From the NCBI GenBank assembly GCA_030609775.1, contig JAUWTD010000003.1:1-52929 (forward strand): a stretch of 52,929 nt of DNA, in the 5' to 3' direction. This stretch comes from Candidatus Altiarchaeota archaeon (GTDB lineage Archaea; Altiarchaeota; Altiarchaeia; IMC4; QMZM01). Below, in pieces: positions 1-9,191 of this stretch. Under the pieces are notes generated by a model. The model made no database searches. It worked only from the letters and a program-made list of their open reading frames with translations, and was not told the origin of the DNA. The stretch's first letter is position 1. Each line of letters begins with the position of its first letter. Position numbers and translations under genes: made by a program.

Positions 1-930
1 ATAGATAAGGCCTTTAGGCGTGGTTCAAAGCATGCTAAAGCGAAGAGGTCTACCCGGAAAGGGCAGAGGGATGTGCGACTGAAGAAATCTGAACTTGAAA
101 GGGTTAAGGCTGTAAGCTGTGTGATAAAATATGACCTAAAAGCGGTTATAAAGAATTTCCCAAGCTATGATCAGCTCCCTGTTTTCTATCAGAGGCTTCT
201 TGATATAAAGGTAGATAAAGACCGGTATAAACACGCTTTGGGTGCGGTGCAGTGGTGTATTAAGCAGATTGAGCGCATTGAGACTAAAACCCTTGCAGAT
301 ATACGGATAACAAAAGACACATCCTATGTAAAAGGATTTCTAGGTAGGTCCTCCTCTATTGTGCATCAGATATCTGATGAACTTGATGATCTGGTGGATA
401 TAAAGATGAGGTTACGCGAGTTTCCTACATTAGAGGAGCAGCCTACGCTGGTTATTGCAGGCTATCCTAATGTGGGAAAATCCACGTTTATGCGCAATCT
501 TACTGGCTCGGATGTTAAGATAGCAATCTATCCGTTCACGACTAAGGAGATTCTTATAGGGCATTGTATGATACGGTATCAGCGGTATCAGATTATTGAT
601 TCTCCGGGTCTGTTGGATAGGCCTATGGGTGAGCGCAATAAGATTGAACTGCAGGCTATTCTCGCTGTAAGCGAGCTTGCCGATGTTATTTTGTTCATAC
701 TTGATCCCACCCAGGATATTGGTCCGCAGATGAACCTGCTTGAGGAGATACGCAAAAACTTTAATGTTCCGATAAATGTTGCAATAAACAAAAAAGATAT
801 AGTTAAATCCCCTGTTCTGGAGGAGTTAATAAAAGAGTTGAATGTATCCTCTAATTTTATTATCTCTGCTATGGATGTGGGTGACTGCAGGCGTGTTTTT
901 GAGTTGGTTTTCTCTGGTAAAGATGACTGA
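1..930 (+). CDS. NOG1-family (Obg-like) GTP-binding protein, 5' end truncated by the window edge
   Basis: The frame is open from base 1 (IDKAFRRGSK...). Has P-loop GYPNVGKST, YPFTT, DSPG and NKKD motifs after a helical NOG1-like N-terminal domain. Confidence 0.9.
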   Translation: MDKAFRRGSKHAKAKRSTRKGQRDVRLKKSELERVKAVSCVIKYDLKAVIKNFPSYDQLPVFYQRLLDIKVDKDRYKHALGAVQWCIKQIERIETKTLADIRITKDTSYVKGFLGRSSSIVHQISDELDDLVDIKMRLREFPTLEEQPTLVIAGYPNVGKSTFMRNLTGSDVKIAIYPFTTKEILIGHCMIRYQRYQIIDSPGLLDRPMGERNKIELQAILAVSELADVILFILDPTQDIGPQMNLLEEIRKNFNVPINVAINKKDIVKSPVLEELIKELNVSSNFIISAMDVGDCRRVFELVFSGKDD

Positions 931-2170
931 GGTGTGTATTGAGACTTATGGCTGTGCCATGAATAAGGCTGATTCTGAGGTTTTGGCAGGTCTCTTAAAT
1001 GAAGCTGGTTTTGTGTCTGGGGGGGATGGAATACTTGTTGTGAACACCTGTACGGTTAAGACCCCTACTGATATAAAGATTTTAAGGAGGCTTAGGTCTT
1101 TGAAGGGTAGGAAGGTTGTTGTGTCTGGTTGTATGCCTGCTGCAAACCCAAGTGTTGTCGATATGTTTCCTGACTTCTCTTTTATCGGGGTGAATGTTGA
1201 AGACATTGTGGATGCTGTAAAGGCCGTAGAAGAAGGTAGAAGATTTGTTAAGATAACTGGCGGTGGCTGCGTGCTTAGGTTGCCTAAACTGCGGATTAAT
1301 CCCGTGGTTGGGATTGTGCCTATTGCTCAGGGTTGTGTAGGTGACTGCAGTTATTGTATCACGCGGGTTGCGAGGGGTTGTCTTGTATCCTATCCAATGG
1401 ACCTAATTTTTGAGGCTGTAAGGGAGGCTCTATGTGATGGCGTCTCTGAGATATGGCTTACTGCCCAGGATACTGGGGCATATGGTCTTGATTTGGGCGG
1501 GGATCTTCCTTCTCTGCTTAGAGGGATCTGTGGTATACGCGGTGATTTCAGGGTGAGGGTGGGTATGATGAATCCGGTCCATGTCTTGGATTTCCTTGAG
1601 GAGTTAATTGAGGTGTATGATGATGTAAAAATATATAAATTCCTTCATCTGCCGTTGCAGTCAGGTGACAACAATGTTTTAGAGGATATGGGTAGAAAAT
1701 ATTCTGTCCAGGATTTCAAAAAAATTGTTTCCCGGTTCAGGAACCGGTTTCCAAGGTTAACTATCTCAACTGATGTTATTGTTGGTTTTCCTTCTGAGGA
1801 TGATGAAGCGTTTAAAAATACCTTGCAATTTGTTGAGGAGATTAAGCCCGATATCCTTAACATATCCCGGTTCTGGGTTAGGCCTGGTACGCGGGCTGCG
1901 GGAATGAAGCAGCTTCCAGGCAGTGTTATAAAGCAGCGTTCCGGGGTAATGTTTGATCTATTCCAAAGGATTGGTTTAGAAAAAAATAAAAAATGGATTG
2001 GGTGGTTGGGTGATGTGTTGGTTTCGGAGAGGGCGAAGCAAGGGTTTTGTGCAAGGAATTCTTCATATAAGCCCATAATCCTTCATTCTTGTGAGGACCT
2101 CTTCGGCAGGTCTCTTAGAGTAGAGGTCACTGATGCAACATACTATGATCTAAGGGGCATTTTAATCTAA
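923..2170 (+). CDS. tRNA t6A37 methylthiotransferase (archaeal MiaB-like / e-MtaB), radical SAM + TRAM
   Basis: N-terminal ETYGCAMN and VNTCTVK (UPF0004), radical SAM CxxxCxxC (CVGDCSYC), C-terminal TRAM. The likely start is ATG 923, overlapping the upstream stop. Confidence 0.9.
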   Translation: MTEVCIETYGCAMNKADSEVLAGLLNEAGFVSGGDGILVVNTCTVKTPTDIKILRRLRSLKGRKVVVSGCMPAANPSVVDMFPDFSFIGVNVEDIVDAVKAVEEGRRFVKITGGGCVLRLPKLRINPVVGIVPIAQGCVGDCSYCITRVARGCLVSYPMDLIFEAVREALCDGVSEIWLTAQDTGAYGLDLGGDLPSLLRGICGIRGDFRVRVGMMNPVHVLDFLEELIEVYDDVKIYKFLHLPLQSGDNNVLEDMGRKYSVQDFKKIVSRFRNRFPRLTISTDVIVGFPSEDDEAFKNTLQFVEEIKPDILNISRFWVRPGTRAAGMKQLPGSVIKQRSGVMFDLFQRIGLEKNKKWIGWLGDVLVSERAKQGFCARNSSYKPIILHSCEDLFGRSLRVEVTDATYYDLRGILI

Positions 2171-2180
2171 ATTCTTTGCC

Positions 2181-3101
2181 TTAATCTTTCTTGTGGATCT
2201 TCATGTCTATGATGCCAAATAAATCCACCATGATTGAGTTTATTCTAACAAGAAGCATAAAAGCCACACCGTTTGCAGCCGTAAGGCCAATTGCATTGAA
2301 TAGCAGGGCGGTGCCTCCTTCGGCTAGGCCGAGACCTGAAGGAGATATTGGGACAAACATTACTGTGGAGATCAAAGGCTGAAGCATTAACGTAGTGAGG
2401 TAGCTTATATCTAGGCCTATTGAGGCTGCGAGAAAATACCATTGTGCGCTCATAAACACCCACCCAAATAAGGCAAGGATGATTAATTTCATTATTTTAT
2501 CTGCTTTCACAGCTCTCACCGTCTCCTGCATGCGGTGTATATATTCTATGCTCTTGTTAAGTACGGGTATTTTGCATATTATCCTGTTGGAGATATTTGT
2601 ATATAATGCAAGGATTATTAAAATTACTCCTATTATGGGGAGAACTGATGCGATGAGAAGATATCTTTGGGATCTCTCATCTATTATATATGATGAAAAA
2701 TACACTACCGCAAGAAGACATAATATAACCTTCATCAGGAAGTTTATTCCCTGGAACAGTGTCAGGATCCCGATGTTCCCTGACTTTGATGTTTTTGTTT
2801 TTTTTGCTATTGAAAGAGACGTATAGTAGTAGCCTACCCTGCCGGGTGTTGCGTTGCTGTAGAGCATGCCGCACATATGGGAGATTAGTGCATCCTTGAT
2901 GCTTATTTTTGTTGAAGTGATTATTTTAAGGGAGATTGCGGCGACTACATCGTTTAGGAAATAGAATAATCCTGCTAAAATAAAGTATTCTATTCTTGTG
3001 TTTAGAAGTGCTGCAAATATCTTCTCAGGATCCAGGCTATGGATTATGTATGCGAGAATAATGATTCCGGCTCCGAATGCAAGGATATTCTTTTTTTTCA
3101 T
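2181..3101 (-). CDS. Lysylphosphatidylglycerol synthase TM-domain / UPF0104 flippase-like membrane protein
   Basis: Multiple hydrophobic segments; TPGRVG and PISPSGLGLAEG motifs typical of the family. Confidence 0.8.
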   Translation of the reverse strand: MKKKNILAFGAGIIILAYIIHSLDPEKIFAALLNTRIEYFILAGLFYFLNDVVAAISLKIITSTKISIKDALISHMCGMLYSNATPGRVGYYYTSLSIAKKTKTSKSGNIGILTLFQGINFLMKVILCLLAVVYFSSYIIDERSQRYLLIASVLPIIGVILIILALYTNISNRIICKIPVLNKSIEYIHRMQETVRAVKADKIMKLIILALFGWVFMSAQWYFLAASIGLDISYLTTLMLQPLISTVMFVPISPSGLGLAEGGTALLFNAIGLTAANGVAFMLLVRINSIMVDLFGIIDMKIHKKD

Positions 3102-3138
3102 TTGTATATGCGGAAAATAAAAAGGGGGTGTAGAAAGT

Positions 3139-3447
3139 TTATCTGGTGGTGTTTTTGGCAGTTGTTGAGTGTATTTTCTGTTTTATGCTGCCTTCCTTAT
3201 CTCTTCTTTCATCTATTTTTAATGAAGTAACTGCTCTTAAGGCTCCTTGTGTGAAGACTGATTCATGTAGGGTTTCATATGCCTGCAGGATTACTGAAAT
3301 ATTTTCTGCCTCAAATACCACTCCCATAGCATTGAGTTCTGGCTTTAATCCTAGTTTATTAAGTTCATCCAATGCCTTTGCAACATATCTGCTCACACTT
3401 GGTGTTTTTGTCCCTATGGGTATGACGGTAATCTCTGCTATTATCAT
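3139..3447 (-). CDS. MTH1187 family thiamine-binding protein
   Basis: N-terminus AEITVIPIGT..PSVSRYVA and C-terminus LKIDERRDK; about 100 aa. Confidence 0.9.
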   Translation of the reverse strand: MIIAEITVIPIGTKTPSVSRYVAKALDELNKLGLKPELNAMGVVFEAENISVILQAYETLHESVFTQGALRAVTSLKIDERRDKEGSIKQKIHSTTAKNTTR

Positions 3448-3552
3448 CTTTTTGTCTTAAATATTATCTGCATAGTAGCATATATAACTCTGATGTGCGA
3501 TGTATTATCTTATTCTTGCTAAATTTATTTAAGAGAATACTATTATTCTTCT

Positions 3553-4167
3553 ATGAAGGGGGTTCTATTTTTTATTGTGGTTTCTGTAGTTGTTTTGTGT
3601 GGCTGTGTAAGTGAAGAAATATCATATGATGAATTATCTGAGCAGGTTAAACAGGATAGTTGTTATTTTGGTTCTGCAGTAGAAAAACAGAATTCTTCGA
3701 TATGTGATAGGATTTATGATATCCAGATAAGGAAAGGATGTTATAGCAAGGTTGCTGTGGTGTCAGATAATCTTTCTATATGTATTAATCTATGGGATCA
3801 GGATAGTATAGATTGGTGTTCCCGGGAGTTTGCAGTCTCACGGAGTCATCTTTTGTTATGTGAGGGGATCCAGACATTATATCATAAGGATTCCTGTTAT
3901 CAAGGGATTGCTGTGGCAAAAGGAAATATTTCGTTGTGTGATAAGGTCATAGATCAAGAGATCCGGGGTTGGTGTCATATTGGTGTTGCTAATGTTTTGG
4001 ATGATGTCTCAATCTGTGAGGATATACCGTGTTCTAATGCTGGCAGAGTGCTTCAGAATGCTCAGGATGTGTGTTATTCTTATATTGCTGTATCCCATGG
4101 AAATATTTTGTTGTGTGATAAGGTCACAACTCAGAAGATCAGGGATTGGTGTTATCAAGCGGTTTAG
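3553..4167 (+). CDS. Secreted/lipid-anchored cysteine-rich repeat protein (~26-aa C-x2-I-x8-C repeats)
   Basis: Hydrophobic leader ending in lipobox-like LCGC, followed by about 6 repeats with paired Cys. Confidence 0.75.
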   Translation: MKGVLFFIVVSVVVLCGCVSEEISYDELSEQVKQDSCYFGSAVEKQNSSICDRIYDIQIRKGCYSKVAVVSDNLSICINLWDQDSIDWCSREFAVSRSHLLLCEGIQTLYHKDSCYQGIAVAKGNISLCDKVIDQEIRGWCHIGVANVLDDVSICEDIPCSNAGRVLQNAQDVCYSYIAVSHGNILLCDKVTTQKIRDWCYQAV

Positions 4168-4270
4168 GTGAAGTCTGATCTATTTTATCTGTGTGAAGCG
4201 TGTATGTGTGGGTGCATATTTAACTATATAATGATTAATTATTATAATTAGTTTTTATGATGTGATAGAA

Positions 4271-4684
4271 ATGGATGTTGAAGGATACGATATGCCTGAT
4301 GGTCTTTATTACCATAAAGAATTTATGTGGGCTAAGGTTGATGGCAATGTTGCCAGGATTGGATTTATTGATTATGCGCAGAATGTGTCTGGCGACATAA
4401 GTTATGTTGAGATGCCATTTGATGGTGATTCAGTGGATCAGGATGCGGAAGTAGGTACGATAGAGACTGGTAAGTGGGTTGGCAAGCTTTTTGCCCCTGT
4501 TTCCGGGACAGTGAAGGGCACAAATGAGAAGCTTTATGATGACCCGACCTTCATAAACAAGGATCCGTATGGGGATGGCTGGATATTTGAAGTAGAGATG
4601 AGTAACCCTGATGAATTAAGCAACCTGATGCAGGGAGATGATGCAGCTGAATGGTTGAAAGTTGAAATAGAGAAGAACAAATAA
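4271..4684 (+). CDS. gcvH: Glycine cleavage system H protein (lipoyl carrier)
   Basis: YYHKEFMWAK, ETGKWVGKLFAPVSG (lipoyl Lys) and NKDPYGDGWI. An alternative start is GTG 4262. Confidence 0.9.
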   Translation: MDVEGYDMPDGLYYHKEFMWAKVDGNVARIGFIDYAQNVSGDISYVEMPFDGDSVDQDAEVGTIETGKWVGKLFAPVSGTVKGTNEKLYDDPTFINKDPYGDGWIFEVEMSNPDELSNLMQGDDAAEWLKVEIEKNK

Positions 4685-4694
4685 TAGATCATAG

Positions 4695-4726
4695 GTGACT
4701 GCATTAGTTGCTGTCACTTTCCCTTT
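4695..4726 (+). terminator. Hairpin plus T-tract after gcvH
   Basis: GTGAC-T-GCA/TGC-T-GTCAC stem (4695-4717), followed by TTTCCCTTT. Confidence 0.5.
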
Positions 4727-4814
4727 ATTATTCTATAAAATAAGTTGATTTCTAAACTTTAATCCTGAAGGGTAAAAACTACTATATATTATTCCTGAAA
4801 CCAAAAAATATATT

Positions 4815-6236
4815 ATGAGGGTTGTTTTTATAGATCCTGCCTTTGGAGAGAATGCCTTTAACACATTTGGCAAATCCCATTGGTCGAGTGTTATTCAGCA
4901 CGGTCTATGTTTATTGAGTGCGTGCGCCAAAGCCAAGGGTTTTAATGATATTGAATTAATAGATATGCGCACCTTATCTAGCTGGGATGAGTTCAGGAAG
5001 GTTCTTGTAGAAAAGAAGGATCCGGAGGTTTTTGGCATACCTATGCGAAGTTGTGATGTTAATGTTGTCTCTAAACTGGCAGGTTTCATCAAGGAGACCT
5101 ATCCCGACTCTTATGTTGTTGTCGGTGGGGCGCATCCGACGCTTGCTACAGAAGAGGCTGCAGAAAATCCGAATTATGATTATGTAATGACTGGTGAAGC
5201 AGAGATTAGTTTCGTAGAGCTTTTAGAGTCTATACGGGATAATAATCCTCCAAAAGAGAAGGTTATACCTAGTAAGAGACCTAATCTTGATGAGCTTCCC
5301 TACGCAGATCGTGAACTCTATGATTACAAGAATTCGATTTCACTACCTAATTATCCTGGTGTTTTCAAATCGCCAATGGTTACCATGTGCGCTAGCAGAG
5401 GCTGCGTTTACAAGTGTAAGTTCTGTGCTCCTCATTCTGATAAGATGTTTGGCAAAGGCGTTCGGTTTAGGAGCGTTGATCATGTTATGGGTGAATTGAA
5501 GATGCTTTACGAGAAATACCATTTCAAGAGCATTAAGTTCTATGACTATACCTTCACACTTAATAAGGAGTGGGTGCTTGAGTTTTGTGAGAAATTCAAA
5601 GAATCCGGCATTAAGGCGAATTTTCTGATCCAGAGCAGGTCAGATCTCTTCTGCATAAACAAGGAGATTGTACCTAAGTTAAAGGAAATTGGATTGAAGC
5701 TCGCTTTGTTCGGATTTGAAAGCGGCAGCCAGAAGGTACTTGACAGCCTCGACAAGGGAACGACCGTAGAGCAGAATCTTGAAGCGGCAAGGATATGTAA
5801 GGAAAACGGTGTCATGGTGGGTGGTAGTTTTATGATTGGAACCCCGTGGGAGACAATAGAGGATGCAAAGATGACATTGGAGCTTGTAAAGAAGATGAAA
5901 CCGCATTTCACAAGTGTTTCCTTTTTCACGCCAATACCTGGAAATTATTTGTATGATTATTGTATAGAAAATGATCTGTCTTTGATAAAATGCCCTGAAG
6001 AGCTTGCAGATTTCTCTCCGGGTAAGCCGAAGATAAAGGGGGTTGATTACGAGGCGTTAAAGCCGATTGTTGAAGAGATCCTGGGTGTTAAGTTCGGTGG
6101 CAGAGTCAGCGGAAAATTCATAAGGTTTATCTATGTCAGCACAAAGAACATGCTGTGGCTTAGACAATCACTGATCTATGTCTACTCAAAATGGGTTGGA
6201 AGCAGGGTTTATCGGACATTCAGCAGGTGGTTATAG
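4815..6236 (+). CDS. B12-binding domain radical SAM protein (class B RSMT-like)
   Basis: VVVGGAHPT and GEAE cobalamin-binding domain; SRGCVYKCKFC; GFESGSQKVL. Confidence 0.9.
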   Translation: MRVVFIDPAFGENAFNTFGKSHWSSVIQHGLCLLSACAKAKGFNDIELIDMRTLSSWDEFRKVLVEKKDPEVFGIPMRSCDVNVVSKLAGFIKETYPDSYVVVGGAHPTLATEEAAENPNYDYVMTGEAEISFVELLESIRDNNPPKEKVIPSKRPNLDELPYADRELYDYKNSISLPNYPGVFKSPMVTMCASRGCVYKCKFCAPHSDKMFGKGVRFRSVDHVMGELKMLYEKYHFKSIKFYDYTFTLNKEWVLEFCEKFKESGIKANFLIQSRSDLFCINKEIVPKLKEIGLKLALFGFESGSQKVLDSLDKGTTVEQNLEAARICKENGVMVGGSFMIGTPWETIEDAKMTLELVKKMKPHFTSVSFFTPIPGNYLYDYCIENDLSLIKCPEELADFSPGKPKIKGVDYEALKPIVEEILGVKFGGRVSGKFIRFIYVSTKNMLWLRQSLIYVYSKWVGSRVYRTFSRWL

Positions 6237-7365
6237 CTTTTTCGACTATTTTCGTTGTTTTCTCCCATGTATTATCTAACGCAAATTTTCTTGCATTTTT
6301 ACCTACATTATCCCTTATCTCCTTATTTTTTAGTAAAAACACAATCTTATCTGCAAGATCCTCTATGTTTTCCGGTTTAGATAAGAATCCGGTTTTTCCC
6401 TCAGTTATAATGTCTCTAATCCCGTGTACGTCACTTATGATCACTGCCTTGCCGCATGCCATGAACTCTAATGTGGATATGGGTCTTATTGGTGTTTCTC
6501 TTTTCACGCTCGCGGGTTTTGGAAAGGATGAGACACAGAGTTTTGATCTGTTTATTATCTCTGGAAGATGATCTGTTGGAATCGCTCCAGTAAACGATAT
6601 GTTTGTTTGACTACTCTCTTCTAGGTGTTTTCGTTGAATGCCGTCTCCAACAACCATAAATCTAAGATCTTTATTCTTTTCAAGAAGCTTATTTGCTGCA
6701 TTGACAAAGAATTCTGCGCCACTCCAAGGTGCCAGATTGCCCACAAACAAAGCATCAATGTCCTCTGGGATATTCATTGGTCTAAAAAGCTTGGTGTCCA
6801 CCCCTGTTGGTGCGACAACAATTTTAGTTCGGTTTATTTTTCCTCTCTTTAATAGGATTTCATCTAACTCTTTGCAGGGTACAATTATTTTTTTAGCTCT
6901 CTTAATACAAAATTTCTCCAGGTGTTTACCTATAATATATTCGTGTTTCCTGTAATGGGAGGCGCCCCAGACATCATGTACATTTAGGATTAACGGAGTA
7001 TTTGTGAATTTACTGGCAATCCAGGATGATGTTCCAACCAGATATGGTGGGTTATGTGATAAGATCACATCGATTTTTTCTTTTTTTATAATGTCGACGG
7101 CTTTTTTTGCCATTAAGGGGATGCTCATGCCCCAGTAGAGGGAATTTGGTTTAAAGTACGCAAGCCTGTGAACATAAATTCCGTCGTATTCCTCATAGGG
7201 TAATGCGTTTTGCTCTAGATTGCATTGTTTGACTGATTTTGGGTTGTGGACTAGTAGATGGACTTCGTGTCCGAGTTTCACAAGATTCGTTGCTGTCTGA
7301 TATACTCGGATACTGGCGCCGCCTACGTGGGGGAAGAACCATCTCGCCATTTGTAAGATCTTCAT
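6220..7365 (-). CDS. Glycosyltransferase family 4 (GT-B)
   Basis: FFPHVGGA N-terminal motif, LEFMACGKAVIISDVHG, ITEGKTGFL. Confidence 0.92.
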   Translation of the reverse strand: MKILQMARWFFPHVGGASIRVYQTATNLVKLGHEVHLLVHNPKSVKQCNLEQNALPYEEYDGIYVHRLAYFKPNSLYWGMSIPLMAKKAVDIIKKEKIDVILSHNPPYLVGTSSWIASKFTNTPLILNVHDVWGASHYRKHEYIIGKHLEKFCIKRAKKIIVPCKELDEILLKRGKINRTKIVVAPTGVDTKLFRPMNIPEDIDALFVGNLAPWSGAEFFVNAANKLLEKNKDLRFMVVGDGIQRKHLEESSQTNISFTGAIPTDHLPEIINRSKLCVSSFPKPASVKRETPIRPISTLEFMACGKAVIISDVHGIRDIITEGKTGFLSKPENIEDLADKIVFLLKNKEIRDNVGKNARKFALDNTWEKTTKIVEKAITTC

Positions 7366-7531
7366 TTTTTCTTTGCTTTTGATATATTATAACTACTTAG
7401 AATAAATGGAGATAATAGAGATGATGGAGATTAGATGTTTTGGGTGTGGTGCGGTGAATCTGGGCTATATAAATCTAAAATGTATATATTTAATAACTTA
7501 ATTTTAAACAATATATGATATACCTCATATT

Positions 7532-8119
7532 ATGAAAAACACATATATACACCCTACAGCCGAGATCTCAGACAAAACGGAAATAGGTGAGGGAACAAAG
7601 ATATGGCATTGGGTTCAGGTAAGGGAGAATGTCTTGATTGGAAAAGACTGTATCCTTGGAAAATCCGTCTATGTAGATTTCGATGTCAGAATAGGTGATG
7701 GGGTGAAGATACAGAATTTTGTATCTGTCTATCACGGGGTCACAATAGAGGATGATGTATTTGTTGGTCCTGCAACGACCTTTACAAATGACTTGTATCC
7801 TAGGGCGTTTAACCCGGATTTTAGGCTTTATCCTACAAAAGTTAAAAAAGGTGCTTCCATTGGAGCTAATTCAACCATAATCTGTGGAGTAACCATTGGT
7901 AGGTACGCTATGGTAGGGGCAGGTTCCGTGGTTACTGACGACGTTTTAGACCACGCCCTAGTTTACGGAAATCCTGCAAAGCTCGTAGGTTTTGTATGCA
8001 AACGTGGAAGGAAAATGAAAAAAGAAAAAGAGATAGACAACACTATATTAATGAAATGCATCGAATGTGGCGAAGAGATCCAAATTCCAAAAGAGATCTA
8101 TTCTATGATTAAAGAATGA
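7532..8119 (+). CDS. Hexapeptide-repeat N-acetyltransferase (WbpD/WlbB-like)
   Basis: IHPTAEI..., KIQNFVSVYHGV, FTNDLYPRA and YGNPAK; first gene of a sugar-nucleotide operon. Confidence 0.88.
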   Translation: MKNTYIHPTAEISDKTEIGEGTKIWHWVQVRENVLIGKDCILGKSVYVDFDVRIGDGVKIQNFVSVYHGVTIEDDVFVGPATTFTNDLYPRAFNPDFRLYPTKVKKGASIGANSTIICGVTIGRYAMVGAGSVVTDDVLDHALVYGNPAKLVGFVCKRGRKMKKEKEIDNTILMKCIECGEEIQIPKEIYSMIKE

Positions 8120-9186
8120 TACCCATAGCTAAACCCCTTATCGGAGAAGAAGAGAAAAAGGCCGTGATGGATGTATTGGATTCGGGAGTGATTGCTCAAG
8201 GCCCTAAGGTAAAAGAATTCGAAAAGGAGTTTTCTGGATTTGTCAGCGCAAGTCATGGAATAGCGGTAAACTCTGGGACTGCGGCGCTTCATGTGGCGCT
8301 ATTGGCCCATGGGTTAGGTGTAGGTGATGAAGTGATAACCTCTTCTTTTTCTTTTATAGCGACTGCGAATTCGATTCTGTTTACCGGCGCAAGACCTGTT
8401 TTCGCAGATGTGTCTGAGGATACTTTTAACATTGACCCTGATGCAATTAATGAAAAGATATCAGCTAAGACGAAAGCAATCCTTCCCGTGCACCTGTATG
8501 GTCATCTCGCAGATATGAACGCAATCATGGAGTTGGCGCATGACCATAATCTTGCTGTGATAGAGGATGCGTGCCAGGCTCATGGAGCGAAATTCGAAAA
8601 CAAAGCGGCAGGTTCCTTTGGAACTGGATGTTTTTCCTTTTATCCGACAAAGAACATGACCTCATCTGAGGGGGGTATGATCACAACAGATGATGAGAAA
8701 ATAGCCCTAAAGGCAAGGATGATAAGGGAGCACGGTTCAAGGGAAAGGTATGTTCATGAGATCCTTGGATTTAATCTGAGGATGACTGATATTGCTGCAG
8801 CAATTGGTTTATGTCAGCTAAAGAAGCTGCCTGAATTTAATCAAAGGAGAATAGAGAATGCTCAATATCTTACAAATGCGATAAATAATGATAAAATAAT
8901 TACTCCAATTATCAGAGATAATTATAAACATGTTTTTCATCAATACACGATAAGGGTACATGAAAGCCGGGATAAAGTAGTTGAAATCTTAAATAAGAAA
9001 GGCATTGGCGCCGGAATCTATTATCCTCTGTTGATTCATCAGCAGAAGCTCTACAAAGATCTGGGATATGATGCATTGCTCCCTATTTCAGAGAAGTTAA
9101 CCTCAGAAGTTATTTCATTGCCTATTCATCCATCTGTGACCCGGAAGGATCTGGATTATGTAGCGTCGGTACTTAATGATTTATAA
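8116..9186 (+). CDS. DegT/DnrJ/EryC1/StrS aminotransferase (WbpE-like)
   Basis: NSGTAALH, IEDACQAHGA, SFYPTKNMT (PLP lysine); ATGA overlap with the upstream gene. Confidence 0.92.
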   Translation: MIPIAKPLIGEEEKKAVMDVLDSGVIAQGPKVKEFEKEFSGFVSASHGIAVNSGTAALHVALLAHGLGVGDEVITSSFSFIATANSILFTGARPVFADVSEDTFNIDPDAINEKISAKTKAILPVHLYGHLADMNAIMELAHDHNLAVIEDACQAHGAKFENKAAGSFGTGCFSFYPTKNMTSSEGGMITTDDEKIALKARMIREHGSRERYVHEILGFNLRMTDIAAAIGLCQLKKLPEFNQRRIENAQYLTNAINNDKIITPIIRDNYKHVFHQYTIRVHESRDKVVEILNKKGIGAGIYYPLLIHQQKLYKDLGYDALLPISEKLTSEVISLPIHPSVTRKDLDYVASVLNDL

Positions 9187-9191
9187 AAAAA

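Noticed and set aside
842-922. Hydrophobic N-terminal extensions on the methylthiotransferase (842), and similarly on the ORFs starting 24171, 24953, 39034 and 50918
   Set aside because: These extensions overlap upstream genes or promoters. Downstream ATGs (923, 24231, 25016, 39136, 50960) fit family N-termini or stop/start coupling better.
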